This document shows, in pieces, positions 23,345-48,800 of a DNA stretch of 64,000 nt (the stretch's first letter is position 1; each line of letters begins with the position of its first letter). The notes beneath the pieces were generated by a model. That model was given only the letters and a program-made list of their open reading frames with translations, was not told the DNA's origin and did not search any database. This DNA is from Lingula anatina. Its lineage: Eukaryota > Animalia > Brachiopoda. The stretch lies in assembly GCA_051362555.1 (NCBI GenBank), contig CM120640.1, positions 14,198,001 to 14,262,000 on the forward strand, in the 5' to 3' direction. The position numbers and the translations under genes were made by a program.

Positions 23345-24884
23345 GCGTAGTATTTTCTGATAATTTATTCCCCGATGGACAGATCCAGTCAGGTTCACAG
23401 CAAGAGACAACCAGGACCGGTTATCTTGTCCATACAATAATAAATATGCTACATCTACACAGTCAACGATATATTTACATCAGATCTCATTATTTTTTAT
23501 ACATCAAATAGGATTTCTTTCTCTCACAGATTAACATCAAAGTGTATGTAGTCGAATGATACAAAGGCCCAGCCTCCTTCATTTGTGCGAAGAAATAATG
23601 CTTTTCTTAAAAAAAAAAAAACTTTGGCAGATTACAGAGTAGATTAACGAGCTGCAGTAGTACGTCTGATATCTAAAACAATATTAAATGCACGGGGGTG
23701 TATACATTAAGTGAGGCCACGACATAAAACATTCGCCTCTTATTTCAACACTACTTCGGTACAGACAATGAAGAAATATACGCTTACTCCGATGTGGTAC
23801 AGAACATGGTATGTATTTATCTATGTACGTGAACTGCTAAGTTACAGACAGATAGAAAAATAATAGGAATGACTAGACAAGTTTTGTGCCGATTGCTATC
23901 ACACAGTTGTGATAGATTATAATTTCATCGTGTCATGTTAGGTTGGCACATGGTGTTTGCGTACGCCCCAGATCGTCGTTTAATATTCTATCAGCTCGGA
24001 AGGGAGCTAGAGTGGGAGGCGTTAAGCCTTCCAACCCAGCTGCTTTCTACTACCAGTAGCTTAGCGGTGACAGCCGTCAACTTCGACGGTGACACTCGTG
24101 CAAACACTGAAAACATCAATTATTAATAGAGACCTGATTTCGCAAGTTAAAATTATAGGCTTCGCAGCAGCACCGTGCGTGTGACTGTAGATCTGTGCGA
24201 CAACTGGTATTATTGAGAACAAACTAGTCTCGATCAAACTAAAATTCACAAAAGAATCTTTTAATCAGAAGTTAAGTGTGTAAAACTCATTCTTGCTGGT
24301 TTTTCCTTCCTCGTCTTACCTGGAGAAGGTTTATTACTTTTCAAGGCATGAATGAAACCTGAGCTAAAAAATCGATGGCTGTAATTCATAGCGCCCCGAA
24401 CTTCCGCACTACAGCAAATTGCCACCGCTCAATGCGCTTCAGCTAGAATGAAGCAAGGAAATTACCCTGACGAAATAAACACGAATAAAAAGTAAATTTA
24501 CTGATTTGGCGACCTGATTATTACCTCTCATTCTAACGAAAAAAGCTTTTGTGAGCATTAATGAATTAAGAAAACAAACCTGACAGAAATCTGAGGCATT
24601 TCTGTCATAAATGTCTCCGGCAGTGTAAGGCTGGTGCCGAGAAAGCGTTTCCTGCGTGCGGAAGAGTGCACTAGCAGCGTGCGTATAATCACTTAACATA
24701 TCAATGATAACGGATCGTATTGCAACTGTGCTTTTCTGAGGACAACGGTAAAATAGCAGCAAAGTAATATCAGACGGCCGCAAAGATGACAGTCATTCAG
24801 TCATTGCACATTTTGAATGTCACAGAACACTCAAGTAGTGTCCCGCTACCTTTGAGACAATCTTTTTTCCTAGACATTTACATT
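23345..24884 (-). other. Probable Tbx2/3 3' UTR of about 1.5 kb
   Basis: AATAAA on the minus strand at 23369-23364, followed by T/GT-rich sequence; endpoint uncertain. Confidence 0.4.
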
Positions 24885-36365
<11,481 letters not shown>

Positions 36366-36469
36366 GGAGCCGAGTGTGTAGTTTCCGAGCCTGCTGAGCG
36401 AATTCAATGTTATTACTGCTCCATCACTCGCACTATGTTATTACTCAGCTAGTGAAGTGTGGCTTAACA

Positions 36470-36650
36470 GGAACTGTGCTGTGATTGGCCAATCCTGGGC
36501 TCTCGTCAGCTGACAGCCAATAAGAGGATGGCTTAGGCGTGGAGTTGGCAGCTCATTCTCCAGTCGAGGTGTCGACTGCCTAACAGCTCTTGATTGTATT
36601 GTTTGAATGTGACGAAATGTCAACATCAGGGATGCGCCAGCCAATACCGA
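36470..36650 (-). promoter_or_regulatory. Tbx2/3 proximal promoter with multiple CCAAT boxes
   Basis: Palindromic GATTGGCCAATC (36483-36494), GTCAGCTGACAGCCAAT (36505-36521), GCCAGCCAAT (about 36636-36645). Confidence 0.6.
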
Positions 36651-39600
36651 TGTCGCCGTGAGTTAAATAATGCATAACTAACTTCAAAACAAAAGCACCG
36701 CTAATATTCACGGAGAACGCACCCCTGTGTCACCCTTAACCCCTCTACTTCCATTTTCGGGTGAAATGGTTGTGGGAACGCGAAAGTCAAATTGTTTACG
36801 CCAAGTATGATTTATTTGAGGCAGTGTCCGCCCCCGGCCCGTGACTGACAGAAAGAGGTGTTAAACACGGGCAAGTTTACATTCACCGTACACCACTTGG
36901 CATAGCTCTTAAACGTTGACTGGAATAATATTTAGATAGTTAGCGGAGTGGACGGAGCGTACATAAATTCTCAGCCGTAACCGCAGGTGAAATTATTAGT
37001 TACATTTTTTCCTGGCGACGCGACTTCGCCGAGCTATCGAATTCTGATAACTGTTATGAAGTACTGTGTAAAGACGGATTGAAAAAAGCGTGAAAATTAA
37101 CAGCGCAACATAAAAGTGATTAGCTATTCTTGCATACCAGGTTGACGTAAAAGCTTAAGTAGCAGTGGCGCCAGCTCACAATAAAAGCACGTCTAGGTGG
37201 AGATGCTATTCAAACTTCCTCGGGAATCGGGCAAATTTAATACACTTCACGCCTAGCACAAGGATCGGAATTCCTGTGACATTTCCCTGCCCTCACTCCC
37301 AGTTGAGAAACTCATATTATTTTTTATTTTAAATAAAACCCTGTGAGACATTTCCATTTCTTTGATAGTCTTTTAAAGGTTTGTAATTTCCGTAAGAAGA
37401 CAATTGGAAAGGTGTATTCTATTGACCGTATTGATCGGACGGACTGCTCGCAGTCTCCCTGTCCGCTGTAGGTCGGCGGCCGGCGCTTTTGTTCTAAAGA
37501 CATAGGGGGCAAAGATTAAGGCTCTGCCGCCAGCTTGTCTTTCATACCAACATGGACAAACTAACGTCTGACCACTGGTAATAGCCGTCAAGTTGACAAG
37601 AAAGAGGTTGGCAAATTAAGCGGTCATTAAAGTGGCAAATCGTCGTCCGTCTTTTGTTCCCTGTGTATATGTTTACAAGGTGTTCGCCTCGTTAATTAGG
37701 TGTGTGACTGACAGTGTTCACACTCTTACTCCGCCCTGGTTTAATCAGTATTGTGATCGGAAGAAAAGATGTTGATTCATTCAAGTGTTAACATAATTAC
37801 AAAGTAGGCCCGTAAACAGGCAAGGTGTGAAAGGGTATTGTGTAGGCACGACCCGCAAATACGGCGTACTGTTTGAACACGATCGCCGTGGCGCCATCCC
37901 CACACTGGCCGATTAATCTACTGAAAAACAGATGGGAATACTGCACGGATACAGTTCTTTATTTTTCATCTTTACCTTACAAATCGATCGTAACTCTATC
38001 GGGTTTTTCTTGCATCAAAGGCTTCGGGGTTTTTTTACGAGCATCAAATTTTGGTTTACACAGTTGTTCTGCCATCCACGGGTCGTTAGTGTAGCCTTGC
38101 ATTACCTGTGTGTTAAAGCAATTGTGCTGGCGACGCAATGATGAGCGGGGCGGAGCATCCTCCGTTAAATGTGTGAACGTGTAAACTGAGTTGTATGCGG
38201 TGGGGCTCCTTCCGAACAGCTGTGCGTGGCCCCGGCTGTTTGCTTTCCTTCTGTACGGACATGGCAACTTCAAAGTAGGACCTCGGGAATATTTAAATTA
38301 CAAATTCGATCAAACAGTTTCTAATGAGTGTATGTGTTTGCAGTTGCCATGTTGTAGCATCGCGGGACCAGTGAAAGTGGTAAAGCCTCTGCGTGAACGG
38401 TTTGCGCCACAGCGGTGAGGCTTCAAAGGCAAACACGCTTTGATTCGCAAGTGTTTATCCCAGTAAACACCGTCTAGACACCAATATTGACTACACAAAA
38501 ATGTCAGCGGGATTTGCTGTTCATTTTTGTCAAAAGAAATCATTTGGGTGAGCCCGGCCGCCAACACGAGAAACAAAAGAGCTGCGGAAAAGTCGCTCTC
38601 TTTTCCATAACATTCTGTTTCACTCAGTGAAACCATCGCTTATCAAGTTCTAAGAAACTTCACTTCCTCCTTTTTTGTGGTCCGAAGTTTTGGCTATTGC
38701 TGGTGTAAAGAGCAGAACAGGGGGTTCGATTTTAGCAGTTTTGGAGACAGAAGCATTAGACTGGCGCGTCATGGGTAATTATAGCATCGACGCGCATTCT
38801 TCCCATTGTTTTTTATTTTCCAGTTAACGGATAAATCTTCACTACCACTTCAGACTCTCTAATTTAATTTTGGTGTGTGTTATTTCAAATTAAACTGTAT
38901 ATTATCGTTATTAACATTATAGCGTATTTGTGTCAGTGTGGATAAAGGGTGAATGTGGATAAACGGAAATGTTTTTGGTTTTTCGTATCGAAAAAAAAGA
39001 AAGAAAAATAAAACATTTTTCTCGCGTTAAAAAAGTGTAACATTTCAACGTTTTTTTTTTGTGAATTTCTTAAAAAGTACTGTATAACCCCTTGAATGAC
39101 AGTGACATACTACTACACATTTGCTCTAAAAACGATATACCTATTCTATCGAACAAAATTGTAGATTTGTCATATATCTCTCGACCCCGAGCTCATAAAA
39201 TACAGCAAATGTCATAATTATGTCTCCAGCTATAATGGGCCACATGGGCAAACGGGTAGCCGTTTTTATTGTCACTGGCAGCGTCTCCCAGTTCTAGGAT
39301 GGATCGCAGCTTTTTGTAATGTGCATTTTTATTGTTGATGTAATCACTTTTCACTGACAGAGAAATTTCCCATAGCCGTACAGCGGGTGGCTTTCGGTCC
39401 AAATGACCAGTCAGCTGCGTGAAGAAAGATCGGGTGTGACAGAGGCATTGTCCCGGCTCGTACGTGGCAAGGCCAACGTGGCTCCGCTCCTCTTCTCTCA
39501 ACAATGCCTTCTGCCCACTACTCCGCGCAGCACTGCCGCATTTTAACAAATACGAAATTGCACTCAACAAATACTAAATGCTACTTCATAGACGGATTGT

Positions 39601-41479
39601 CGTCTTTGAGTGACACGATCTTGTTTACTTTGCCACAAAACCCGAAATAAAACTACTGCAATGAGCAAGAGACCATTGTACATTTCATAGGAACTGAATG
39701 GCTGCTTTGACTATGGTCTAACATTGAGATTATGGCTTCAGGGAAGTTTTCCTATGTGTCATAGTTTTGTATCAATGAGGTACTCGAGATTGACAGCTTT
39801 TCTAAACACATCACATAAATATTAACCGCTCAATATGTTTTGTTGTCTAACAGGACTAAGCATGATTTTAACTAATAGGATCTGATCAGGCTTAAACGGT
39901 CAAGAAGCTGTTCACTGATCCTGAAAAAGTGTACTTCTAAAACTTCTTGATCCTTTCCTAATTGTATACAAAGCATGGCTTATGCACTGGTCAAAAGCCA
40001 ATGCAAAACTTCCTGTTGTAAGGGAGAAAAACGGTTTCGGGAACAGCTGACGTCGGACACCTTGTGTGCTTACATTAAGAGGAAAGCGGGCAAAAGAATT
40101 TGATTTTTTAAAGGCCTCAGATGATGTCAGTTCACCTCATCAATTAAATTATTTACAAATGAGTGCAGACCCAGCATTTTATTGACAAAAGAACGCTCTA
40201 GGCATCAATGATTTCTTTCTGCTCTCGGGTTCCCCGATAAAAAAATGCACGCGTTTTTTTTGAAAGCGTTTCAAGAGAAGCAAAACCAATAAAACGGACC
40301 ATTAAGAGACCAAAGACTTGTAAATTGCCATCATAAGGTTTATAATTTTTTCTATCTATTGTTTTGCTCTAGCTAAATGTAAGGCGACACGCATGCATAT
40401 ACTGTCTGCTTGATTGTTTTTATTTGAGTCGCATGCGGGTGGAAATTTCATTCCCATTTTTATAGACTTTATCTGCAGTAATTTACTTGCCTCAATTGAG
40501 ATATCGCCCGTATTTTGTCACTTTCTGTTCTTATCTTCAAAAATTTAAAAAACGATAACTTATTTCAGTCATAAGAGTGATAAGAGGAAGTAAAACAATA
40601 TAAGCACTCACACCTTCTTTCTTTTTACAGCTGTATGCTCCATTTCCGACATCATTTTCAAAAGGAAAAAAAATACTAGAATCGCAATTTTCTTTGCTCG
40701 TGAGGGATTAAGAATGTTGTCACCTTACGTGGAAACATTTGCCTTTAAGGACAGATTTGTTGTTTCAGTCCAAACACATGACGGAAACAGTGAAAGGTTC
40801 GGTCAGGTCTGTCGTGGTAGAGTTCAGTAGCATATATTGATTAGAAACTAAACTTAGTGTAACCTCGCGCTCGCTCAGGAGCTTCGCTAGTTTTAAGTAA
40901 TTAAGCAGTGTTTAGCTTACTTCATAATAGTTATTGAGTCGTGTACGCCAGAGTTGTTTTAATTTCAGCGGCAAATGAAGGTTTGAGCTCGGGGTCAAGT
41001 CTTGGGGTAGTCGGGCGTAAACGATCGATGGCCCTGTCGCCAGCGCCCGGCCGCTCCAGCGCGCGCCGCTGTTTGCTTGCAACTCCCAGAGTAGGATCGA
41101 ACATTATGCGTTGTTAGATCATGACCTCGCTAACTCAACTTAATTCTTTGTTAGTCTTCTTCTGCCCTCGCCAAATCATGAGGGTTAAAGGCCGAGAAAA
41201 ACAAGCGACTGCGTGTAGTTGACTGGCGCCTAGCGTGTTTCCTGCCATCCCGGCTCCCTGACTACGCTCCGTTGGCTAACATAAGGCACTTCCAAAAAAG
41301 GGAGTCGATTTTTTTTCTTTCTCATACTGAGGAAACACCTAACGTATTGTTCAAGCATGCTGCAGTTTGCTAACGGTCAACAATTTCGAGAGAAATCGAA
41401 AACGACATAGAAAAAACACATTTACCGCGAACAGATGATAACAAACGCTCACTGAAATAAAACAAAAAAGACCAAAATT

Positions 41480-41700
41480 GCAAAATAAATTATTTTGTAA
41501 AGCGCAGGTTTTCGTTGTTGGAACAAAGAGATAAATGAATAAATAAACAATTGAATAAATAAAACATTATCATAGTGACCGTCTCGTACAATGGACATTT
41601 TTGTTGTTTTAACAAAGAAATAAATGAATAATTAAACAAATAAATAAATGAATAAAACATCAGCATAGTGACCGTCTCGTATAACAGGCATTTTCTGATT
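41480..41700. repeat. Direct tandem duplication, unit about 90 nt
   Basis: CATAGTGACCGTCTCGTA occurs twice within repeated AATAAATGAATAA context. Confidence 0.75.
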
Positions 41701-42789
41701 GTTACGCAATTCATGCTCAGTTAGAGTTGATCTCACTCGCAAGCAGAGGTCTTTTTCACACCGTATTAATATTGTATTTCTTTCTACCTGCCGGTCTATC
41801 ATTTAGATTTTAGGCCATCCGAAGAATTAGATAACATGCTAGACAAGCAGTGGAACCACACAAATTAAAGAAAATCAAAAAAATGTGTAAAAATTGGAGC
41901 AAAACATTGACGATAAACTTAAAAACGAAATAAAACAGCACGTAACACGCGGGGCATGAACACCGCAAAATGTCTCCACTTTTTTATGTTTTCAAATAGT
42001 CATAGAAGCGCATTTGATTTCGCGGCGACTAAAAGCAGTCTGAGACTCAAATATTTGTGAAATACACACTGTGTTATCTCCTAGGATAAGTGCACAGTAA
42101 TTATTACACGCCAGTCGTGTTGTGAAAGAGTGAAGCTAATGCAGCAGAAAAACTGTCGCCGAGTGTGTGATACAGTGGATTTTCCTTGCGACAAAAGTGG
42201 CGCTGCGAGATACCTCCACCTATTGAGACTGCCGTTAAACTTCTAAGACGTCATCTGGAAACAAGCGGCGTTTTCGTGCGCGAGGTGCAGTGGAGTCGGC
42301 GGGCGTTAATATGCCTAGGCGAAAACTTTCCCTTTGTAACAGAGGGCCCATGCTGGGAAGAGCTTTCACCCGACATGCGACGTGGAAAGTGCGGACATGA
42401 CTAAGGCAATCGCGCTTTGTGAAGCATCCCCGCAGCTTTCTCCTCATCCGGAGCACTCCGAGTCACAAGTTCCGTTCTGCCTTTTTTTTAAATATAACCA
42501 TTGCCAAGATTCTTGACGAAAAAGAAATTCCAATTAAAAAAATTAAGGTATAGAAAGTACACCCTGCTTATCGCGCACGTTATTCCTTTTTTTTCCGTGT
42601 CATATTTTAGCCAAAATATTGCACGCGAGAACAGAAATAGAAAGTTAACCACGTACATGTAGCTCGCTTCAAAGCGAGATGCAACACGATATTTACGAAT
42701 TATCAAAATAATTTGCCTACCACGCCTTAATAATAATGGGGAAAATAAAGTGCGAAAACACACACGCATTAAAAAGCATTTTAGTAGTG

Positions 42790-42790
42790 C

Positions 42791-42838
<48 letters not shown>

Positions 42839-42890
42839 AAGAGTGAAAAAGAGAGAGTGAGAGAAAGAGATTGAGTAAGAGAGAGAGAGA
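42790..42890. repeat. (GT)n(GA)n compound microsatellite
   Basis: Directly visible. Confidence 0.9.
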
Positions 42891-45800
42891 CTAATGAAGC
42901 TTTTTTAAAAGAAATATTAACCCGTGGCATGGCGTGCCGACTGTTAGCCTGCTGTTCCTCTAGCTGCGAGCGCGTGCCTCTTTTCACTTGCCGCGATAAT
43001 CATGGTAGTTAGCAGAACACGATCTTCAGTTGACAGCCACACATAGCCACAGGTTCACCGCAAAAACGGCATTGTCATGAAAACTATACTGAACACAACA
43101 ATTTCACAATTTTTACTTTGCATGATCTCCGTGGGTTGCACCTGCAGTCGCACAGCAAAGAAAACAAATCCGGAATTAATGATGAGCACTCATACAGCCT
43201 TCCAGATAATTCATACGCTATTCCTAGGAGGCGACTTCCACAGGAAATGTGAAAATGTTCGCAAGCATGGCAAATAGTTATCTGTTCATCGTGCCAGGGT
43301 TTGTATTTAAATGTGTCTTCACACAGTGATAACGAAGTTAATTAAATAGAAGGAGCAAAGATGTAGGCTGTGAATCACACGTATATTATGAGGCAGGTGA
43401 ACAAAAATAGATTAGGTTAAAAAGCCCTCGTTGCCTTTTGACGACAGTAAGATGCCGTCTGATTCTTTTTATTTTATCGACATTCCTGTCAGAGTGACAA
43501 TGAAAAAGAAGATACCATCTATTTACAAAATTCTACAAAACAAAAAAAAAAACACTGACCTTCTTGTATGAGACTACACAAAAATAAATGTAACTATTTC
43601 AAAAAAATTTTTGAAGGCCAAGATACTGCCGTTCCTATTTCTATTTTCAGTCGATATTTCAAGCCGGAGAATTAATCCCAATAACGAATGTAACCATTTA
43701 GGATAAGACACATATGTTTTGCATACAATATTACGAAATGCGATTAGAACTTGGTCAGCTTTGATTGGCCAAACTGTATTGAATTTACGGAAGATTTAAC
43801 TGATCCCAGCATTACGTTGTAATCAGGTGGGGGTTTTACGCTTGGCGCGTTAAGCCAGCGTTCAGACTGCCACGGCTCCAGTTTATAATGACCATACGGC
43901 GAAAAAACAATGGTAACAAACGCGTAATTAAGTCCCACAACGCTGATTGCACAATCCGATGGCGCTTACGGGCAAGAAAACATTTGGATTTCTTTTTCAA
44001 ATTATAGATGACGTGCGTTACCGCTGGGCGCGGCTCGACTGAAGATGTACCTCCCAGGCGGAGAAAAAGACCGAAGGCACTCAACCTTCGTGCTCGACTT
44101 TTTCGCGCGGAAGCCCGGGCCATAGAGATTTCCATCCAACAGCAAAATAATTTCGGGGTTTACTTCAAACAGCAATTACTCAGAAAATTATACATTGCCT
44201 TAATTTAAACTGCCACTAAAGGCGCATAAAGCGTAGCTTCATTTCCACAGAGCGCGTTATGAGCGAGTCTGGTTGGCGCTGGGACGGTGATTTTAAAGCT
44301 CTACGCACGAAACACTCCGATCAGTATATCTACTTAACATTTATCACCGCAAGACATAAAAGATATTTTCAAATACACACACTGCAGTCAAATAGCAATG
44401 AACGAAATTAATGAAACTGATCAACCAAGGCAAAGACTTAGGGACGACTGCGGGTTAGCAAGACAAAGACAGCGTACTACGCGTTCGGGCAAGAGCTATA
44501 ATATATCACGGCACAATATTATGGGGAACGATATTGGCAGTAAAAAGACACTAGATCAGCAAAATACAAACGAATATGGTCTCATATTTCATCGGATACA
44601 AAATGTTTCAGAAACACGACACAGTTGTACTGGCGAAGTAATAGGGTTACCATCGATTTTCTATAAATTCTCAAAAGAAGTTTACTTATTTAGACTGTTA
44701 TGAAGGGCAGTTGGCAAATATTTTAATAAAATGAAACTGATACAAAACCACAGAATATTGTTAAGAATAAAATTAATACAATATTATTTCGTAATATGCC
44801 AGTATTTTTTTACTCGACTAGCTTATACATTACAAAAAAACAATTTATCATTGTCATGAATAAAATGTAAAAATACAAATAATCTTTCTTTAATCCTTCC
44901 GAATTAATATACGAATTACAAATCTTATTTTGTATCTTGTTGCCTTAAAATACATTACCACCAAGGCCGATAATCTTAGCATTTTACAACTGTATCTAAT
45001 TAAATATTTACAGATAAAAAATATCCTCCGTCCTCGAATTTGTGAGAATTCCCCCCTCCACATCAACTTTGTAAATCCGAAGAATTGTTACTCGGAAACA
45101 CCAAGACGTGTTCTAATGTTTGTACTGGGGAGGAACGCAAATCAAATGCAGCGCCACGTTTCTTGCTTTGATCTTTACTTTCATCTGAAAGTAGCAAAAG
45201 AAGAAAATTAATTTGACAAGTTATTTCAAAGTTTGGTCAAATATTTATCTTCAGCCTAGGGAGTCGCTGAAGCAAGACCGCACAACTAGCGCGCAGTGAC
45301 CGATGCTGCGACGTGCTCCTGCAAAAGAATAAAACATCATAAAACTAAACTTTTAGTTCAGTGGTTGAAAAATCTCACAATTCAGTTCAACATAAATTGT
45401 CATAAAAATGCCATAAAAACGATTTCTTCGTAAGAAAATTAAACAGAGCAATGTGGAAACAGAAGACATAACAAACTATGAACTGTTGATACCCCGTGCA
45501 AATTTTCTTTCACATCGTCGGAAAACAGATCTCCCAAAAACCTAAGAATATTCAAACGTTTTACTGCAATAGCATTTTAAAGACAAATCTAAGAGCTCGA
45601 TTCTGTCGACTGAAACACTGAAATTCACCCCGCTAACAAAGAACTGTCAAAGAGGAAAAAAACATAAATAAAGAGTGTAAGATCCCCAAGTCTAGGATTT
45701 TAGTCGACGCAATGACGAGGTTGAATTTTGTTGAGATTAATTCAGGGCATTAGTTTCAACGCCCATTGGTCTGCAACAGAATTTCCCACACACAGATTGA

Positions 45801-48800
45801 GATGTGTGCTTGAGAAGTGAACACCAAGACGTTATATAAATGTACATTTCATCATAATAATCGGCACTCCTTTCCTGGCCAATCACAGAAAGCCCTAAAG
45901 GGATTCAGACAAAACCAAACACACCCCGTTCACTGCAATTCAATCTCAAGTTGTTTTCACAAAAAAGTAAGGTGTTAGGCGCCTAAGAAATTTATGTTGC
46001 ATCCAGTTTATGTTGACAGAGGCTGCGGATGATTTGAGGCAAATGTTGACTGTAGTGTTTTTGTGCTGAATTACTGCAAATTGACCTTTCAACCCGTGCG
46101 TTGCTCTGAACATTAAAAAACATGTTGAAGTCCCCCTCTTCCCGCTGAGCCCCTGTACTTTCAGGAGTCACTTATTGTCATGATAAAAATGATAAAGATG
46201 GGCTCGCTGGCAACCAAGAAATTTAAGAAGAGTCGGCTCAACGGGACAGCGGATTAGGCATTTAACTGGAGACTACCCCAGTTTCACAACGACTACGAAA
46301 AAATGCTGAGCGCCATTGTCAAAATGTATTTAAAATCAAAACGAAAAATTTCCTACAAGCGGCTTTTAGGCCTGTAATTAATCTTCACGAAATTCACAAT
46401 AAAACAAAACGGAAAAACCGAGACAACGACAACTTTCCAAGGAAAAGCAGAGAAAGAGAAGTATTTTTTTCTTTTCTCTAAAAAATCCATTCAAAAAGAA
46501 AATACATTAACTTTTTCACCAGAGGAACAGGGCAATTGTGCCATTTCACTGCACAAAATCAAAAGAATGAGAAACTTACTAGCACGAGTGGGAGCACACT
46601 TTCATATGAGTAGTTTATTTTATCCTTTATTCATGCACCACTTCCAGAGAATCTATTATCAACAGTATCGCTTCTCGTTAATGAACAAATGTATCCTGAT
46701 AGTAGAACTATTAGCACCAAGATTGAAGTTAACAGTGTCATTTCCCATCTCTGCTGTCATTACTGCCTTTGATCAACACTTCATATTCATTACAGCTTGT
46801 AAACTTTGATAATTTTACCCCGAGTGATACGGAGTAATGGGACTTAAATTGTCCTCCAGTTCTCAAAATGGAGATTTCAGCTAGTAAAAATCTAGCCTAA
46901 TTAAATAAATAGCATACCCAAGTGTTCTCTCACTTTCGTAGAGAGTTATATAAATCCTGTGTGCGGTTAGGATCGCTGTTGGCAATGAATTGGTTTTATG
47001 TAAAACAGCGCGGCACTGTAAGTGTTTTAGAAACGCTTACTGAAATATGTTAATTCAACTCCTGAATATTAAGTGTACTTAACGGGAATGTCCGCTGTGA
47101 TTACTTCATATCAAACGCACGTAAATCTGACCTCATATCTAAACCTAAAATACAAATTTTACATTCTTATATTATACAGCTTTAACTCTAACACACCATC
47201 TCAAAATGCCATTAAAACTATGGCCTAGGAAATAATGCGAGCGTTCTGGGTTGAAATAATTCAAATAAGAAATGGTTCATTATTTTGTGTAATCATCTGC
47301 ATTTTCCTACGGGGAGCAGGGAGACTTGGGCACATAAAATCAATGTTTTCATACCAAATTTGTGAGCAGTGACAGCTGGGATGATGAACAAGATTGCCTG
47401 CCTGAAGACCATCTACTGGCTTGCCGAAGTGACGGAAACAAAGGTCGTGAAACATTGAAAACATCAACCTGTATCCACGGTAGTGAAAATGAATATTTCA
47501 AAACAATAAAAAATTCATGTGATAAATTATATGATATACCTGAATGTTTTTTAACATGCTACCCTATCATGATATTGTAGAAAGTAGTCAATTATTTAAA
47601 TAAATATGACCCAGTTTATAAGAGAGACATATCTGAGTCATCACCATTGTAATAATCTCAGGTTCTTTGTCAAAGACACCCGTTCAAAATGCACTTTAAT
47701 GATACCCCAAATGAGGCTGAAGGTGCCAATTATGACGGCAACATTCAACCAGAAGAACAATTTTAAAACAATCTGTCAAAAAGAGAAAGCACCATCTTGT
47801 CTTCAGCTGCAATAGTACTATGGGATCGGGAGAAAAATAATTAGAATGATAAAGATGCCCTTACTTCAAATTTTCCATGATTTTAAAACCAGCCGCTTTC
47901 TTCGTAGTTAAAGAGTAATTATTACGGAGACTACAAGCAATTGTTCTACCTTTATCCAGATCGAGAGAAGAATCTCATTAAGTATTTAGAACCCTGATAA
48001 GAAATCTTCGTCAAGTGCTGTGGGCAGACACCCTGGGTTCATACAAACACAGGTCACCGGCAACAGGCAATTTCGAACGGCATCAAAGCGCTCTGCATTT
48101 TTAAAAGATTTCAACGTGATATGACAAATCAAAACCTGTGACATGTGGCAAAATCGAGACAAACACGTTAAATATATATTCACATATGACAGATCTTGTA
48201 AAATATTTACAGAATGATGCTGAAAGGCAGGGTGAAACCTGGGAATCCTGCCTATATGTCATCAATTATTTGTTTGATTTTCATTCAAGTATCACATCAG
48301 ATAAATGGTAATTTATTGAAGGTAATTGTACCAATATAAAATTGGAAAATAACAGAAAAAATCCTGAAAAATATTTTAAATTGTTATCCAGATAAAAATG
48401 CGTTTGCTAGACTTTGGTGTGTGTGTGTGTGTGTGTGCATGTGCATGCATGTGTGAGAGAGAGAAAGAGAGGGGGGAAGGAAGGAAAATTGAAAAGAAAA
48501 CGTTAACCTATACACAAACACAATGCCATAAATGTTGTTTTCACTTACAAATACCTTGCTATAAAATAGTACCATATTCCCATAGAAAAATGAAAATTCT
48601 AATTCTGATATCAATAGCAGTCAAAGCAAGGACCTAACCATGCATAAGAATTAGATCTGTTATTTGTATCAATCTTGTAGCTTTCAGAGGTGGAAGACTT
48701 CTTCAACTGGAAGAAATGATCAATGACAAAAAGTGATCATCTACCCACATTGCTCCTGATAATTATCACAAAAAAGGCAGCAATTTGCTGGAGCAGTATA

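Noticed and set aside
14700-24800. Search for a Tbx4/5 gene or remnant between BRIP1 and Tbx2/3
   Set aside because: No T-box-like peptide in the ORF track or by eye; a short degenerate remnant cannot be excluded without a search.
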